Positions 10,390 through 20,624 of a stretch of 64,000 bases of DNA are shown here, piece after piece. The first letter of the stretch is position 1, and each line of letters starts with the position of its first letter. The DNA lies in contig CAVUCU010000004.1 of assembly GCA_963740085.1 (NCBI GenBank), forward strand, positions 608,001 through 672,000, read 5' to 3'. The position numbers and the translations under genes are program-made. A model generated the notes under the pieces. It was not told where the DNA came from and did no database searches. It saw nothing but the letters and a program-made list of their open reading frames with translations. The DNA comes from Nitrospirota bacterium (lineage in GTDB: Bacteria > Nitrospirota > UBA9217).

Positions 10390-10794
10390 ATGAAAAGTAA
10401 TGATCCTTTTCAACAGCCTTTTCTTTTACCGGACCGGCTATTGAGCGCTCGGAGCTCGTTGTCTGACTATGACGAAAATGACAAAAAAGAGCTTCACCTG
10501 CTTGTCTCGTCGACCGGTGACGCCTCGAACTGCGATCTCTCAGGGGCCGATCTGACCGGCATGGAACTTCTCGGCCTCCGGTTCGATGGATCAAATCTCA
10601 AAGGAACGAACTTGAGCAGCGCAATCCTGAGCGGATCGAGTTTCAGGAACTGTGACCTGTCAGGGTGCGATCTGAGCAGCTCAAACTTCACCTGTGCAAG
10701 GTGCGCATCAATCGGACGGACCTTACCCGTGAAACTCAAGAATGTAAAACACGATGAAGCATTGAAGGAACTGATGTCAAGATTTTCTCTTTAA
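10390..10794 (+). CDS. Small pentapeptide-repeat protein
   Basis: About 11 A/S-(D/N)-L-x-x units (CDLSG ADLTG ... SNLKG TNLSS AILSG SSFRN CDLSG CDLSS SNFTC). Confidence 0.7.
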   Translation: MKSNDPFQQPFLLPDRLLSARSSLSDYDENDKKELHLLVSSTGDASNCDLSGADLTGMELLGLRFDGSNLKGTNLSSAILSGSSFRNCDLSGCDLSSSNFTCARCASIGRTLPVKLKNVKHDEALKELMSRFSL

Positions 10795-10970
10795 ATAAAG
10801 CACAGGTCAGCGTCGGCGGAAAAAACTACGGCTGGAAAATCCTGGAAGATATTCATTGCTGCAACGCATCATCGTGCGACAGCGAAGAGGTGAAGGGATG
10901 AAGGGATGATCGGCTGTGGAGAGCGCGGGAAGAAATACTCCCGAACTTACTAAGATCAAATACGTTTTCT

Positions 10971-11366
10971 CTAGACAGGTTCCTGTTTTAAAGATTCAAG
11001 CTGCATTGCGACGAACCGTCCCAGGTCCTTGAGCGGTTCACGTGGACCTGATTGTGCAACCTGATTTTTAACACCCGATACCGAATCATGGGGCATGGGA
11101 GAAAATCGAATGCCTGACCGGTACAAAGACCCAACTTGTTTACTCCAAAGCAGCATGCCGCTCTGTTGCCCCCAGATCCGGTTCCTGAACAAGACAAGGC
11201 CGGGTTCCATGGGCGTATTTGATTCGATTCCGACGCCACTATTGCTTATGTCTACGATAGAAGCATGGTAATCTGTCCGTTCGATCTGTTTTGACGCATA
11301 AATCCCCAGGTCGCATTCCTTCTTTACCATGATTGGCTGTCGTTGTGATTTCCTGCTGTCGTCCAT
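10971..11366 (-). CDS. Stand-alone PilZ-domain protein
   Basis: Intact RxxxR (RKSQR) and DxSxxG (DISNSG) motifs, GIRF end strand. Confidence 0.75.
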   Translation of the reverse strand: MDDSRKSQRQPIMVKKECDLGIYASKQIERTDYHASIVDISNSGVGIESNTPMEPGLVLFRNRIWGQQSGMLLWSKQVGSLYRSGIRFSPMPHDSVSGVKNQVAQSGPREPLKDLGRFVAMQLESLKQEPV

Positions 11367-11640
11367 TTTTTTATTATACAGAAAAACTCCAAAAAGGAAA
11401 GAAAATATTTTCGCTGCCTCGGGACATTTACTCTATAGACTATTGAGAAGAATTGAGCGATAATGTGATTAGTATATAAAATACATGTAGAGAACTTTCT
11501 CATACTTTTGAATTATCTATGCACTGTTTCCTTCCGGCAAAAGGAGTGCTAACCAGGAAACCTCTGAAATAAAACTCGCCCAGATTGAGATTGAAAGATT
11601 TCTCTGTGTACTCTGCGGTGAGCTTTGACCTTAAGGAGAA

Positions 11641-13179
11641 ATGATGAAAATCCTGCTCGTCTATCCCAAATATCCGGAAACGTTCTGGAGCTTTAAGTAC
11701 GCCCTGAAGTTCATTTCTAAAAAAGCGACTCTGCCGCCACTTGGGCTGCTGACCGTTGCGGCCATGCTGCCTGCTGAATGGGAAGTACGTCTCATTGACA
11801 AGAACGTGAAGAAACTATCGGACGCCGACCTTCTCTGGGCTGATTATGTTTTTTTAAGCGCGATGTCCATTCAGCGCGAGTCCACCGAGGGCATCATACG
11901 CCGATGCAAGTCGCTCGACGTTAGAATAATCGCCGGTGGTCCTCTGTTCACGTCTGTGCCGGAAGAGTTCAGCGATGTTGACCATCTCGTTCTGAATGAA
12001 GCCGAGATAACGCTGCCTCTCTTCCTTGCGGACCTCGAACAAGGGAAGGCTCAGCATATCTATACCTCTTCCGAATGGGCGGACCTTTCTACTACCCCCG
12101 TGCCTCGGTTCGACCTCCTGGACAAAAAAAGATACGCGTCCATGAACATCCAATATTCACGGGGCTGCCCTTTTGACTGCGACTTCTGCAACATTACCGT
12201 GCTCTACGGCCGTATTCCGCGGACCAAGGACACATCTCAGGTACTTGCGGAGCTGGATTACATTTATACGCGGGGGTTTCGGGGAAGTGTGTTCATTGTG
12301 GACGACAATTTTATCGGCAACAAGGGAAAGCTCAAGAAGGAAGTTCTTCCTGCCATTATCGACTGGATGGAGAAGCGGAGGCATCCCTTTACGCTGTACA
12401 CGGAAGCATCGATCAATCTTGCGGACGACGCGGAACTGATGAAGCTTATGGTCAGGGCGGGATTTGATCAGGTTTTTATCGGCATTGAATCGCCGAATGA
12501 CGAGAGCCTCGCCGAGTGCAGCAAGCTCCAGAACCGGAACCGCGACCTTGTCGCTTCTGTCAGGAAGATCCAACAGGCTGGAATGGAGGTCCAGGCGGGA
12601 TTTATCGTGGGGTTTGACAAGGACCCGGCATTGATCTTCGACCGGTTGATCGCGTTCATTCAGGAAAGCGGGATCGTGACCGCGATGGTGGGGCTTTTGA
12701 ACGCTCCACACGGGACCAAACTCTACGATCGTATGAAGGAGGAGGGGAGGCTCGTGATGTCCCCGACCGGCGATAACACGGACTTCTCGATCAACTTCAT
12801 CCCGAAAATGAGCAAGGAAGCCCTGCTGACCGGCTATAACACGATACTAAAAACGATCTATTCGCCGAAGCACTATTACGCGCGAGTAAAAACATTTTTA
12901 AAGGGTCACCACCCTGCCCAAATACGCAGCGGAAATTTCAGGTTTACTTATGTCATGGCCGGGTTCAAGTCCACGGTGCGCCTCGGCATTATTGGGAGGG
13001 AGCGGTACCAGTACTGGAAGCTCTTCTTCTGGTCCCTTTTCAGAAGGCCCAGGCTCTTTCCCCTCGCTATAACCCTGGCGATCTACGGGTTCCACTTCCG
13101 GAAGGTATTCAGTAAGCACGAAAAGGCTTTCCGTGCAGGCATCATGAAGCATAAAGCGAATGCGCATCTTCCGATGTAA
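11641..13179 (+). CDS. B12-binding radical SAM protein (DUF4070-type C-terminus)
   Basis: PPLGLLTVA B12-binding region, RGCPFDCDFC CxxxCxxC, DDNFIGN, GFIVGFD; AAGGAG RBS. Confidence 0.9.
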   Translation: MMKILLVYPKYPETFWSFKYALKFISKKATLPPLGLLTVAAMLPAEWEVRLIDKNVKKLSDADLLWADYVFLSAMSIQRESTEGIIRRCKSLDVRIIAGGPLFTSVPEEFSDVDHLVLNEAEITLPLFLADLEQGKAQHIYTSSEWADLSTTPVPRFDLLDKKRYASMNIQYSRGCPFDCDFCNITVLYGRIPRTKDTSQVLAELDYIYTRGFRGSVFIVDDNFIGNKGKLKKEVLPAIIDWMEKRRHPFTLYTEASINLADDAELMKLMVRAGFDQVFIGIESPNDESLAECSKLQNRNRDLVASVRKIQQAGMEVQAGFIVGFDKDPALIFDRLIAFIQESGIVTAMVGLLNAPHGTKLYDRMKEEGRLVMSPTGDNTDFSINFIPKMSKEALLTGYNTILKTIYSPKHYYARVKTFLKGHHPAQIRSGNFRFTYVMAGFKSTVRLGIIGRERYQYWKLFFWSLFRRPRLFPLAITLAIYGFHFRKVFSKHEKAFRAGIMKHKANAHLPM

Positions 13180-13355
13180 TCTGGTGGATCGCAACGGCGA
13201 GGAGAGAACTTATTATTCTTTTTTCCGCCCTGTGCTGTTCATGCTATCAGGCTTCCTTTATCATTTACCAAGACAATAGTTTTATGCTATACTCCCCGCA
13301 TCAAAGAATTGAACCCAATAAAAATGGATTATTCTTCATTCCCTTTGACTGTTAG

Positions 13356-13652
13356 ATGAGCATGTCAAAAACACTTCCTTTATCACAACCGGGAACAAAT
13401 GCTGAAAAGGACACGCTTCACATCCCGTTGTATCAGGTGCTGCTTCATAATGACGATAACAATTCCATGGAGCACGTGATAAAGGCCCTGAAGCGAGTTT
13501 TTAAATTCGAATTTAGGGTTTGCGAACGGATCATGATGGAGGCACATCAGACCGGGATAGCGCTTTGTACTGTAGAGCCGCTGGAAAAGGCAGAGCACCA
13601 TCGGGACCAGCTTAGCTCTTTTTCATTGATTTCCACCATCGAACCGGAGTAG
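13356..13652 (+). CDS. clpS: ATP-dependent Clp protease adaptor ClpS
   Basis: YQVLLHNDD..MEHV, MMEAHQTG.A, C-terminal IEPE. Confidence 0.82.
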   Translation: MSMSKTLPLSQPGTNAEKDTLHIPLYQVLLHNDDNNSMEHVIKALKRVFKFEFRVCERIMMEAHQTGIALCTVEPLEKAEHHRDQLSSFSLISTIEPE

Positions 13653-13654
13653 CA

Positions 13655-14077
13655 GTGGTCAAGGGAAAATGCTTTTACAAGGATGGTATTCGTTTCGAAT
13701 GCCAGGGAGAGGGCAAGTGCTGCCTAACGCGCGGCAGATATGGTTACGTCTATCTGTCGTTCATCGATCGGAAACGCCTGGCAGCCCATTTCAGGATGTC
13801 CACAAGCGATTTTACCACCACCTTCACCCACAAGGTAGACGGGCTTTATGAATTGCGGTATACCGGCAAGGACTGCCCCTTTCTTCAGGACAAGCGCTGC
13901 CAGGTCTACGAAGCCCGGCCCTGGCAATGCCGCACCTGGCCTTTCTGGCCCGAAAACATGAACAACGTGGTGTGGGAGCAGGAGGTGGCTTCCTGGTGTC
14001 CCGGAGCGGGCAGGGGGAGGCTCTACTCCGCGGAAGAGATCGAGGAAATCCTTGCGAGGAAAAAGGACGCCTTATGA
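13655..14077 (+). CDS. YkgJ-family (CxxCxxCC) cysteine-cluster protein
   Basis: FECQGEGKCC, CPFL...C.VYEARP.QCRTWPFW, CPG. Confidence 0.85.
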   Translation: MVKGKCFYKDGIRFECQGEGKCCLTRGRYGYVYLSFIDRKRLAAHFRMSTSDFTTTFTHKVDGLYELRYTGKDCPFLQDKRCQVYEARPWQCRTWPFWPENMNNVVWEQEVASWCPGAGRGRLYSAEEIEEILARKKDAL

Positions 14078-14190
14078 CCCTTAAGACCGAAACGCCCCCT
14101 GATCAAGGTGGATCTGAATGCTTTTATTGTTGCTAAGCCGCAGGCCGGTGTAAAGCGTTATTGCCAGTCTGTTTTTCCCCGGAGACACCA

Positions 14191-15060
14191 ATGGAAAAGA
14201 AACCCTGTTTCTGCGTTGTCGATGATGATGAGTCGCTCCTGGACATTATGAAACGTTTTCTCGCAATGCAAGGGAATGTTTGTGATGTGTTTACCAGCGC
14301 CGAGGCGGCACTGGACCATCTCGCAGAAAAATCCTGCGATATCCTTATCACCGATATTGTAATGCAGGGGATGAAGGGGCTGCAGCTCACGAAGCAGGTA
14401 AAACTGTCGTGGCCGAATACAAACGTCATTGTCATGTCGGGATTCATTGATGATTATTCCTATGATCAGGCGATCGAGGCCGGGGCTTCGGATTTCATCA
14501 AAAAACCCTTTACCATACATGAGCTGATGGTCCGTATCAAACACGTTATGCTGCAGGAGAAGCTGCGGGAGATGTCGATCACCGACGAGTTGACCGGCCT
14601 TCTGAATAGACGCGGGTTCTTTGCCATCGCGCAGCAGCAGCTCAAAGTCGCAAAGCGGGTAAAAGGTAAAATGGCGCTGGTGTTTGCCGACATGGACGAC
14701 TTCAAATCAATAAACGACAAACTGGGACATCAAAAGGGCGATGAGGCATTGGCAGCGATGGCGGACATATTCAGGCGGTCCTTCCGTGATTCAGACCTTA
14801 TCGCCCGTATTAGTGGCGATGAGTTTGTCCTGCTCCTTCTTGATACGCATGAAGATAATTTCGACATCATTTTTCGCAGGCTGCAGATGAATATCGATTC
14901 GTTTAACGTCCAAACGGGGGGATTGTTCATACTTTCGCTCAGCATCGGCATGGCACTCTATGATTACAGCCGTCCATGTTCCATCGACGAGCTGCTGAAG
15001 CTGGCCGACAAGCGGATGTATGATCAGAAACAGCGGAAAAAGAATATCTGTCAAGCTTAG
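14191..15060 (+). CDS. Response-regulator diguanylate cyclase (REC-GGDEF)
   Basis: Canonical REC (DDD, D, S, KP); DELTGLLNRR, DxFKxINDxxGHxxGD, SGDEF, RxxD I-site (RDSD). Confidence 0.9.
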   Translation: MEKKPCFCVVDDDESLLDIMKRFLAMQGNVCDVFTSAEAALDHLAEKSCDILITDIVMQGMKGLQLTKQVKLSWPNTNVIVMSGFIDDYSYDQAIEAGASDFIKKPFTIHELMVRIKHVMLQEKLREMSITDELTGLLNRRGFFAIAQQQLKVAKRVKGKMALVFADMDDFKSINDKLGHQKGDEALAAMADIFRRSFRDSDLIARISGDEFVLLLLDTHEDNFDIIFRRLQMNIDSFNVQTGGLFILSLSIGMALYDYSRPCSIDELLKLADKRMYDQKQRKKNICQA

Positions 15061-15125
15061 CTCGACCCATTTTTATCATTTTTCAAGAGAACTCGTTTCA
15101 CCAGAAATCTTTTACTCACTATTAT

Positions 15126-15214
15126 GCCGCTGTGGCGAAATTGGCAGACGCAAGAGACTTAAAATCTCTCGACGGGCAACTGTCGTACCGGTTCGATTCC
15201 GGTCAGCGGCACCA
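15126..15214 (+). tRNA. tRNA-Leu (anticodon TAA)
   Basis: Acceptor GCCGCTG/CAGCGGC + ACCA; anticodon stem AGAGA/TCTCT with loop CTTAAAA; long variable arm; GTTCGATTC T-loop. Confidence 0.95.
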
Positions 15215-15222
15215 GAAATAGA

Positions 15223-15250
15223 AAAGATCGGCTGTTCAGCCGGTCTTTTT
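15223..15250 (+). terminator. Intrinsic terminator after tRNA-Leu
   Basis: AAGATCGGCTG-TT-CAGCCGGTCTT followed by TTT. Confidence 0.75.
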
Positions 15251-15355
15251 ATATTTGTCGATGAGCGAAAGCGGCAAAGAGAGATCTTGAACAAGGAGAA
15301 GGCGTTTTTTAGATACTTCGGTTAAGTTACACGGTAACTATGAGCACACAGGGTC

Positions 15356-15384
15356 TTGACGAAAACGGCTGATTGTGGTAATTT
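15356..15384 (+). promoter_or_regulatory. Sigma70-type promoter for htpX
   Basis: TTGACG-N17-TAATTT with TG extended -10. Confidence 0.45.
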
Positions 15385-15428
15385 GTCCTACCAAGAAGTA
15401 ATGGTTTACAAGGAGATAGAGATAACAG

Positions 15429-16277
15429 ATGAACACGGTGAAAACGATTGGGTTAATGGTGTTTATGACCCTGCTTCTGGTATTCGTGGGAGCGGCTATC
15501 GGCGGCAGGGGAGGCATGGTAATGGCCTTCGCCGTGGCAGCGATAATGAACCTCGGGATGTACTGGTTCAGTGATAAGCTAGTTCTGAAGATGTACAAAG
15601 CGCAGCCGGTGACCGAAGCTGAGGCACCGGAACTCCATGCAATAGTGCGAACGTTGGTCCAGAAGGCCGGGATGCCCATGCCCAAGGTCTACATCATCCC
15701 GGATGAGACCTCAAACGCCTTTGCAACAGGCAGGAACCCCGAACATGCGGTGGTTGCCGTTACTCAGGGTATCATGAGGATACTCTCCCGAGAGGAACTC
15801 ACAGGCGTCATCTCCCACGAACTGGCGCATATCAAACACCGGGATATGCTTACAGGAACGATCGTAGCGACCTTCGCCGGCGCGATCAGCATGCTGGCGC
15901 AAATGGCGCAGTGGTCCATGATCTTTGGCGGCCGGCGAGATGATGACGACGGGAGCCCGATCGTGGCTCTCGTCATGATGATCGTGGCGCCCATTGCAGC
16001 GATGCTTGTGCAGATGGCCATTTCTCGCACCCGGGAGTTCGAAGCAGACAAGGGAGGCGCACAGATCGCAGGCAGCCCCTCGGGGCTGGCGAATGCCCTG
16101 CTGAAGCTGGAAAGGGGATCGCAGATCATTCCCATGACTGATGCGAGGCCCGCTACGGCACACATGTTCATTGTGAACCCGCTCACGGGCGGCGGTCTGA
16201 TGAAACTTTTCAGCACTCACCCTCCTATCGCTGAACGGGTGGCCCGGCTTAACGAGATGTCGCGGGGAATGAGGTAA
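15429..16277 (+). CDS. htpX: Zinc metalloprotease HtpX
   Basis: [14 protein letters not shown] (HExxH), [14 protein letters not shown]. Confidence 0.95.
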   Translation: MNTVKTIGLMVFMTLLLVFVGAAIGGRGGMVMAFAVAAIMNLGMYWFSDKLVLKMYKAQPVTEAEAPELHAIVRTLVQKAGMPMPKVYIIPDETSNAFATGRNPEHAVVAVTQGIMRILSREELTGVISHELAHIKHRDMLTGTIVATFAGAISMLAQMAQWSMIFGGRRDDDDGSPIVALVMMIVAPIAAMLVQMAISRTREFEADKGGAQIAGSPSGLANALLKLERGSQIIPMTDARPATAHMFIVNPLTGGGLMKLFSTHPPIAERVARLNEMSRGMR

Positions 16278-16587
16278 AAGATCGCATCTGCATACCCGTC
16301 CTTCGTGATCAAGAACTATCCCTAATTGTGGAACATGTTCTTCAATACTGGAACGGTTGAGGTTCGGGCGGCGGAGAGTGGACATGCGGTTCTGAAATTC
16401 CTCCTGCCCGAGATCTTCAATGACTGGCTTCCGCCTGCTTGCCTGGGGTATTCAAAAAAAGGCCGTTGAGTTACAATAGCAGCATAAGAAATGAGAACCC
16501 TGCGGTCCTGCAAAGAAAAACAGTATCTTTCATAACTCACTGTTGTTTTATGATCTATAGTATAGCATTATAGAGAGGAGTGGCTGA

Positions 16588-16986
16588 GTGCGTTACAAAT
16601 ACATCGCCTATAAATATACTCGACGCGTGCTCCCGGATACCCCGTTCCAGAGCAGTTGGGAATCATTCGGTTCATGGCCGATGTATTCCACAATCGCGTG
16701 GCGTCCGCCTACAGATATATACGAAACTCCTGATGAGATCATCGTGGTGATCGAACTTGCCGGAGTGGACGACGAAGATATGACCGTCACGCTTTTCAGC
16801 GACCTGCTTATTGTTGAGGGGAGAAGGGAACAGCCGGTGACCGAAATGAGCGCCTGTCACCAGTTGGGAATCAAATACGGAGATTTCAGATCGGAAATTG
16901 TAATTCACGTCCCCGTAGACCATGACGCTGTGAAGGCGGACTACAAGAATGGATTGCTGAAGATCAGTCTCCGGAAGTGCGATTGA
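16588..16986 (+). CDS. Hsp20/alpha-crystallin small heat-shock protein
   Basis: WRPPTDIYET, ELAGV, A.YKNGLL.I; GTG start after GAGGAG. Confidence 0.85.
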   Translation: MRYKYIAYKYTRRVLPDTPFQSSWESFGSWPMYSTIAWRPPTDIYETPDEIIVVIELAGVDDEDMTVTLFSDLLIVEGRREQPVTEMSACHQLGIKYGDFRSEIVIHVPVDHDAVKADYKNGLLKISLRKCD

Positions 16987-17060
16987 CTGCTAAAGACGGT
17001 ATCTTGAATATGCGAAAACGGTTAATGAACCTATTCAGCAAACAGACCAGGAGCAAACCA

Positions 17061-19460
17061 ATGGAGATAATTGAACCCGAGAAGGAAAAAACAACACCCG
17101 TACCTGATGAACTGCCTTTGCTCCCACTCAAGGATACGATTGTATATCCGCTCACGGTCTATCCTCTGGTGATAGGCAAGGAAAAATCTATCAAGCTTAT
17201 CAATGATGTAACCATGGGTGATAAGATCCTCGGCTTGACCGCACAGAAAAAGGTGGATATCGAGGTAACAGGATTGGCTGATATCTATTCAATAGGGACG
17301 ATGGCCCGGATTCTCCAGATGGTCAAGGTCCCCGACGGAACGCTCAGGGTACTGGTCCAGGGAATCGAGCGGATCAGTATCACGGAGCTATCCCAGACCG
17401 AACCGTATTTAAAGGCCAGGATCAAGGCTTTTCCGGATAAGGCCGAAAAGTCCGTAGAGATTGAGGCGCTCATGCGCGGTGTCTCCCAAGTATTTCAAAA
17501 GATGGTATTGCTCACACCCAACATGCCGGAAGAACTTTCCGGTGCGGCCCTCAATATTGAGGATCCGCGCCAGCTCGCCTATCTCATTGCGACGAACATC
17601 CGCCTGGAACTGGCGCAACGACAGGAGATACTCGAAAGCGAATTGGTAAGTGACAAGCTCACCAAACTCATGCAGTATCTGAACCGCGAGGTCGAGGTGC
17701 TTGAACTCGGGAGGAAGATCCAGGGACAGGCCAAGGACCAGATGCAGAAGGCCGAGCGGGAATATCTTCTTCGTCAACAACTTTCGGCCATTCGCAAGGA
17801 ACTCGGCGAGGAGGGCGACGACGGTGCGGAGATGAAGAACCTGCGCGAGAAGATCGAACAGGCCAAGCTGCCTCCCGAAGCGGAGAAAGAGGCCAAACGG
17901 GAACTCGGACGCATGGAAAAGATTTCATCTGCATCTCCTGAATATTCGGTCATCCGCACATATCTCGAATGGATGACCAGCCTCCCCTGGAACAAGACCT
18001 CGGCTACGGCCATCGATATTGCCAGGGCCAAGGTCACCCTTGACGAAGACCACTATGATCTCGAAAAGGTCAAAAACCGTATTTTGGAATACTTATCCGT
18101 AAAAAAGCTCGGCGAAGAACGCAGTGCAGATGAGGGGATCAGGACACGCGAACCCATCTTGTGTTTTGTGGGTCCTCCGGGAGTGGGCAAGACCTCTCTC
18201 GGCCAGTCCATCGCTCGCGCCCTTGGAAGGAAGTTCATGCGACAGTCTTTTGGCGGTATGCATGACGAGGCCGAGATCCGGGGCCATCGGCGTACCTACA
18301 TTGGAGCCATGCCAGGCAGGATCATCCAGGCGCTTAAGCGGGTGGAGACAAGGGACCCGGTGATCATGCTCGACGAGGTGGACAAGATAGGTTCCGACTG
18401 GCGGGGAGATCCTTCTTCTGCGCTGCTCGAGGTGCTGGATCCCGAGCAGAACAAGGATTTTCGGGACAACTATCTCGATGTGCCGTTCGACCTCTCCAAG
18501 GTCATGTTCATCACCACGGCAAATCAGCTCGAGACCATTCCACCGCCGCTCCTGGACCGAATGGAAGTGCTCCAGTTGCCGGGCTATACCGAGCATGAGA
18601 AGCTGAGCATCGCGCAAAAATACCTGATCCCGAAAGAGATCAAGGCGAACGCACTTCGGACTGATGAGATCGTAATCCAAGAAGACGCGCTCCACGGCAT
18701 TATCAAGGATTATACGCGCGAGGCCGGAGTCCGGAACCTGGAGCGTGAGATAGCGAACGTCTGCCGCAAGGTTGCAAAGAATGTTGCGGAGGGGAAACCG
18801 ACACCCATCACGATAAAGGTGGAAGAGTTGCACGAATATCTGGGAAGACCAAGGTATTTTGCTGAGACCTCCATCATGATCGATCGGCCTGGGGTAGTCA
18901 CGGGCCTTGCCTGGACACCCACGGGAGGAGACATCCTTTTTGTCGAAGCGTCTCAGATGCCGGGAAACAAGCAACTGATCCTCACCGGCCAGCTTGGAGA
19001 TGTAATGAAGGAATCGGCCCAGGCCGCGCTTTCCTATGTGCGCTCGCAGGCAGAGTCATTCGGGATCAAAAAGGATTTTTTTGAAAAGAGCGATATTCAC
19101 ATCCATGTTCCCGCAGGTGCTATCCCCAAGGATGGACCGTCTGCTGGTGTTACCATGACCACCGCGATCGTATCCATGCTCACGGGCAGGCTGGTAAAAC
19201 ACGATCTTGCCATGACCGGCGAAATAACTCTTCGCGGCAAGGTCATGCCCATCGGAGGGGTGAAGGAAAAAGTACTTGCCGCCAAACGGGCAGGGATCAA
19301 GACCGTAATTCTTCCCCAGCAGAACAAGCACGATATCGAAGATGTTCCCGAGGACCTGCGCAAAGAGATGGAGTTCGTCTTTGTGGATACCATAGACCAG
19401 GTGATCAAGAATGCCCTGAAGGGAGAAAATCCTGAATCCGAATCACCAAATTCTAAATAA
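17061..19460 (+). CDS. lon: Lon (endopeptidase La) ATP-dependent protease
   Basis: LON N-domain, GPPGVGKTS, RRTYIGA, LDEVDK, PKDGPSAG catalytic Ser, KEK catalytic Lys. Start refined to ATG 17061 after AGGAG. Confidence 0.95.
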   Translation: MEIIEPEKEKTTPVPDELPLLPLKDTIVYPLTVYPLVIGKEKSIKLINDVTMGDKILGLTAQKKVDIEVTGLADIYSIGTMARILQMVKVPDGTLRVLVQGIERISITELSQTEPYLKARIKAFPDKAEKSVEIEALMRGVSQVFQKMVLLTPNMPEELSGAALNIEDPRQLAYLIATNIRLELAQRQEILESELVSDKLTKLMQYLNREVEVLELGRKIQGQAKDQMQKAEREYLLRQQLSAIRKELGEEGDDGAEMKNLREKIEQAKLPPEAEKEAKRELGRMEKISSASPEYSVIRTYLEWMTSLPWNKTSATAIDIARAKVTLDEDHYDLEKVKNRILEYLSVKKLGEERSADEGIRTREPILCFVGPPGVGKTSLGQSIARALGRKFMRQSFGGMHDEAEIRGHRRTYIGAMPGRIIQALKRVETRDPVIMLDEVDKIGSDWRGDPSSALLEVLDPEQNKDFRDNYLDVPFDLSKVMFITTANQLETIPPPLLDRMEVLQLPGYTEHEKLSIAQKYLIPKEIKANALRTDEIVIQEDALHGIIKDYTREAGVRNLEREIANVCRKVAKNVAEGKPTPITIKVEELHEYLGRPRYFAETSIMIDRPGVVTGLAWTPTGGDILFVEASQMPGNKQLILTGQLGDVMKESAQAALSYVRSQAESFGIKKDFFEKSDIHIHVPAGAIPKDGPSAGVTMTTAIVSMLTGRLVKHDLAMTGEITLRGKVMPIGGVKEKVLAAKRAGIKTVILPQQNKHDIEDVPEDLRKEMEFVFVDTIDQVIKNALKGENPESESPNSK

Positions 19461-19694
19461 CTTCAATATAATTAATAATTAAACCAAAATTAATCCACGA
19501 AGGACTTCAACGGGACGTCGCCTGAGTTCAGTCGAACGCCCAGTCGAGCCGCTTTAAATCAAAAAGAAGAGACGAAGAATTAGGTAATTAACAAGCCGCA
19601 TAACTTTGTGTGAATTTCTTCGTGTCTTTGTGGATATTTGGTGCCGGCTAGTCCGGCTTAGGATTTAGTAATTCATGCTTCGCGTTTAATACAC

Positions 19695-20624
19695 ATGCGG
19701 GTAAATGCCTCTACAAAACGCCTTCCTCCCTGGTTTAAGATCCGACTCACGACGAATGACCGTCTGGCGAATGTCCGGAATCTGATCAGGGACAATAACC
19801 TCCATTCGGTTTGCAGCAGTGCGGCCTGTCCAAACCAGACCGAATGCTGGAATGCGGGCACTGCCACGTTCATGATCCTCGGAAATATATGCACCAGGAA
19901 CTGCCGGTTCTGCGGTGTTCCCAAAGGCTTACCGCAGGGACTTGATCTTGATGAACCGGACCGTGTGGCTCATGCCGTGGCGTCTCTTGGCTTGAAATAC
20001 GCCGTCATCACGTCGGTCACCAGAGATGATCTGGCCGATGGCGGGTCCTCGATGTTTGCTGCTACTATCCGCGCCATACGAAAAAAGACTGCTGACTGCA
20101 AAATCGAGGTTCTGATCCCTGATTTTAAAGGTTCCCCGGTCGCTCTCGAAACCGTACTCGATGCCTCACCTGATGTTTTGGATCACAATATCGAGACTGT
20201 GCCGGCATTGTATCCGACTGTGAGACCGCAGGCTGATTATCAGAGATCGCTGGCCTTGCTCGCGACTGCGCGTATACATGGTGCGGTCACAAAAACCGGA
20301 CTTATGCTCGGCCTCGGAGAGGCCGTTGATGAGGTCAGAGCGGTCATGCATGATCTCAGAAAGCTCGGTTGTTCCATCCTGACACTCGGCCAATATCTCC
20401 GGCCCGGTAAATACCATCTCCCCGTTGAAAAATACTATCATCCCGACGAATTTACCCAACTTCGCGATGAGGGTATGACGATGGGATTTCGTCACGTCGC
20501 AGCCGGACCGCTCGTCAGGAGTTCCTATCATGCTGAGCAGCATGGGCCAGGGGAGCTTTCAAAACACGCCCATGAGACCGATCTGATGAGCTCTTCAGTG
20601 CAGTCCTCAAGAGAAAGAATATGA
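19695..20624 (+). CDS. lipA: Lipoyl synthase
   Basis: CxxxxCxxxxxC (CSSAACPNQTEC), CTRNCRFC, VRSSY. Confidence 0.95.
   Translation: MRVNASTKRLPPWFKIRLTTNDRLANVRNLIRDNNLHSVCSSAACPNQTECWNAGTATFMILGNICTRNCRFCGVPKGLPQGLDLDEPDRVAHAVASLGLKYAVITSVTRDDLADGGSSMFAATIRAIRKKTADCKIEVLIPDFKGSPVALETVLDASPDVLDHNIETVPALYPTVRPQADYQRSLALLATARIHGAVTKTGLMLGLGEAVDEVRAVMHDLRKLGCSILTLGQYLRPGKYHLPVEKYYHPDEFTQLRDEGMTMGFRHVAAGPLVRSSYHAEQHGPGELSKHAHETDLMSSSVQSSRERI

Noticed and set aside
11518-11552. CIRCE-like half site GAGTGCTAA upstream of the radical SAM gene
   Set aside because: The left arm is poor and 17 nt away instead of 9, and the gene is not a chaperone. No riboswitch consensus was recognisable either.
15126-15430. 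tRNA-Leu as an integration site
   Set aside because: No integrase, no duplicated tRNA 3' end, and housekeeping genes on both sides.
15711-16385. 224-aa antisense ORF over htpX with an upstream AGGAGG
   Set aside because: Mostly antisense to a conserved gene, no recognisable motifs; typical shadow ORF, like the other long antisense ORFs in the track.
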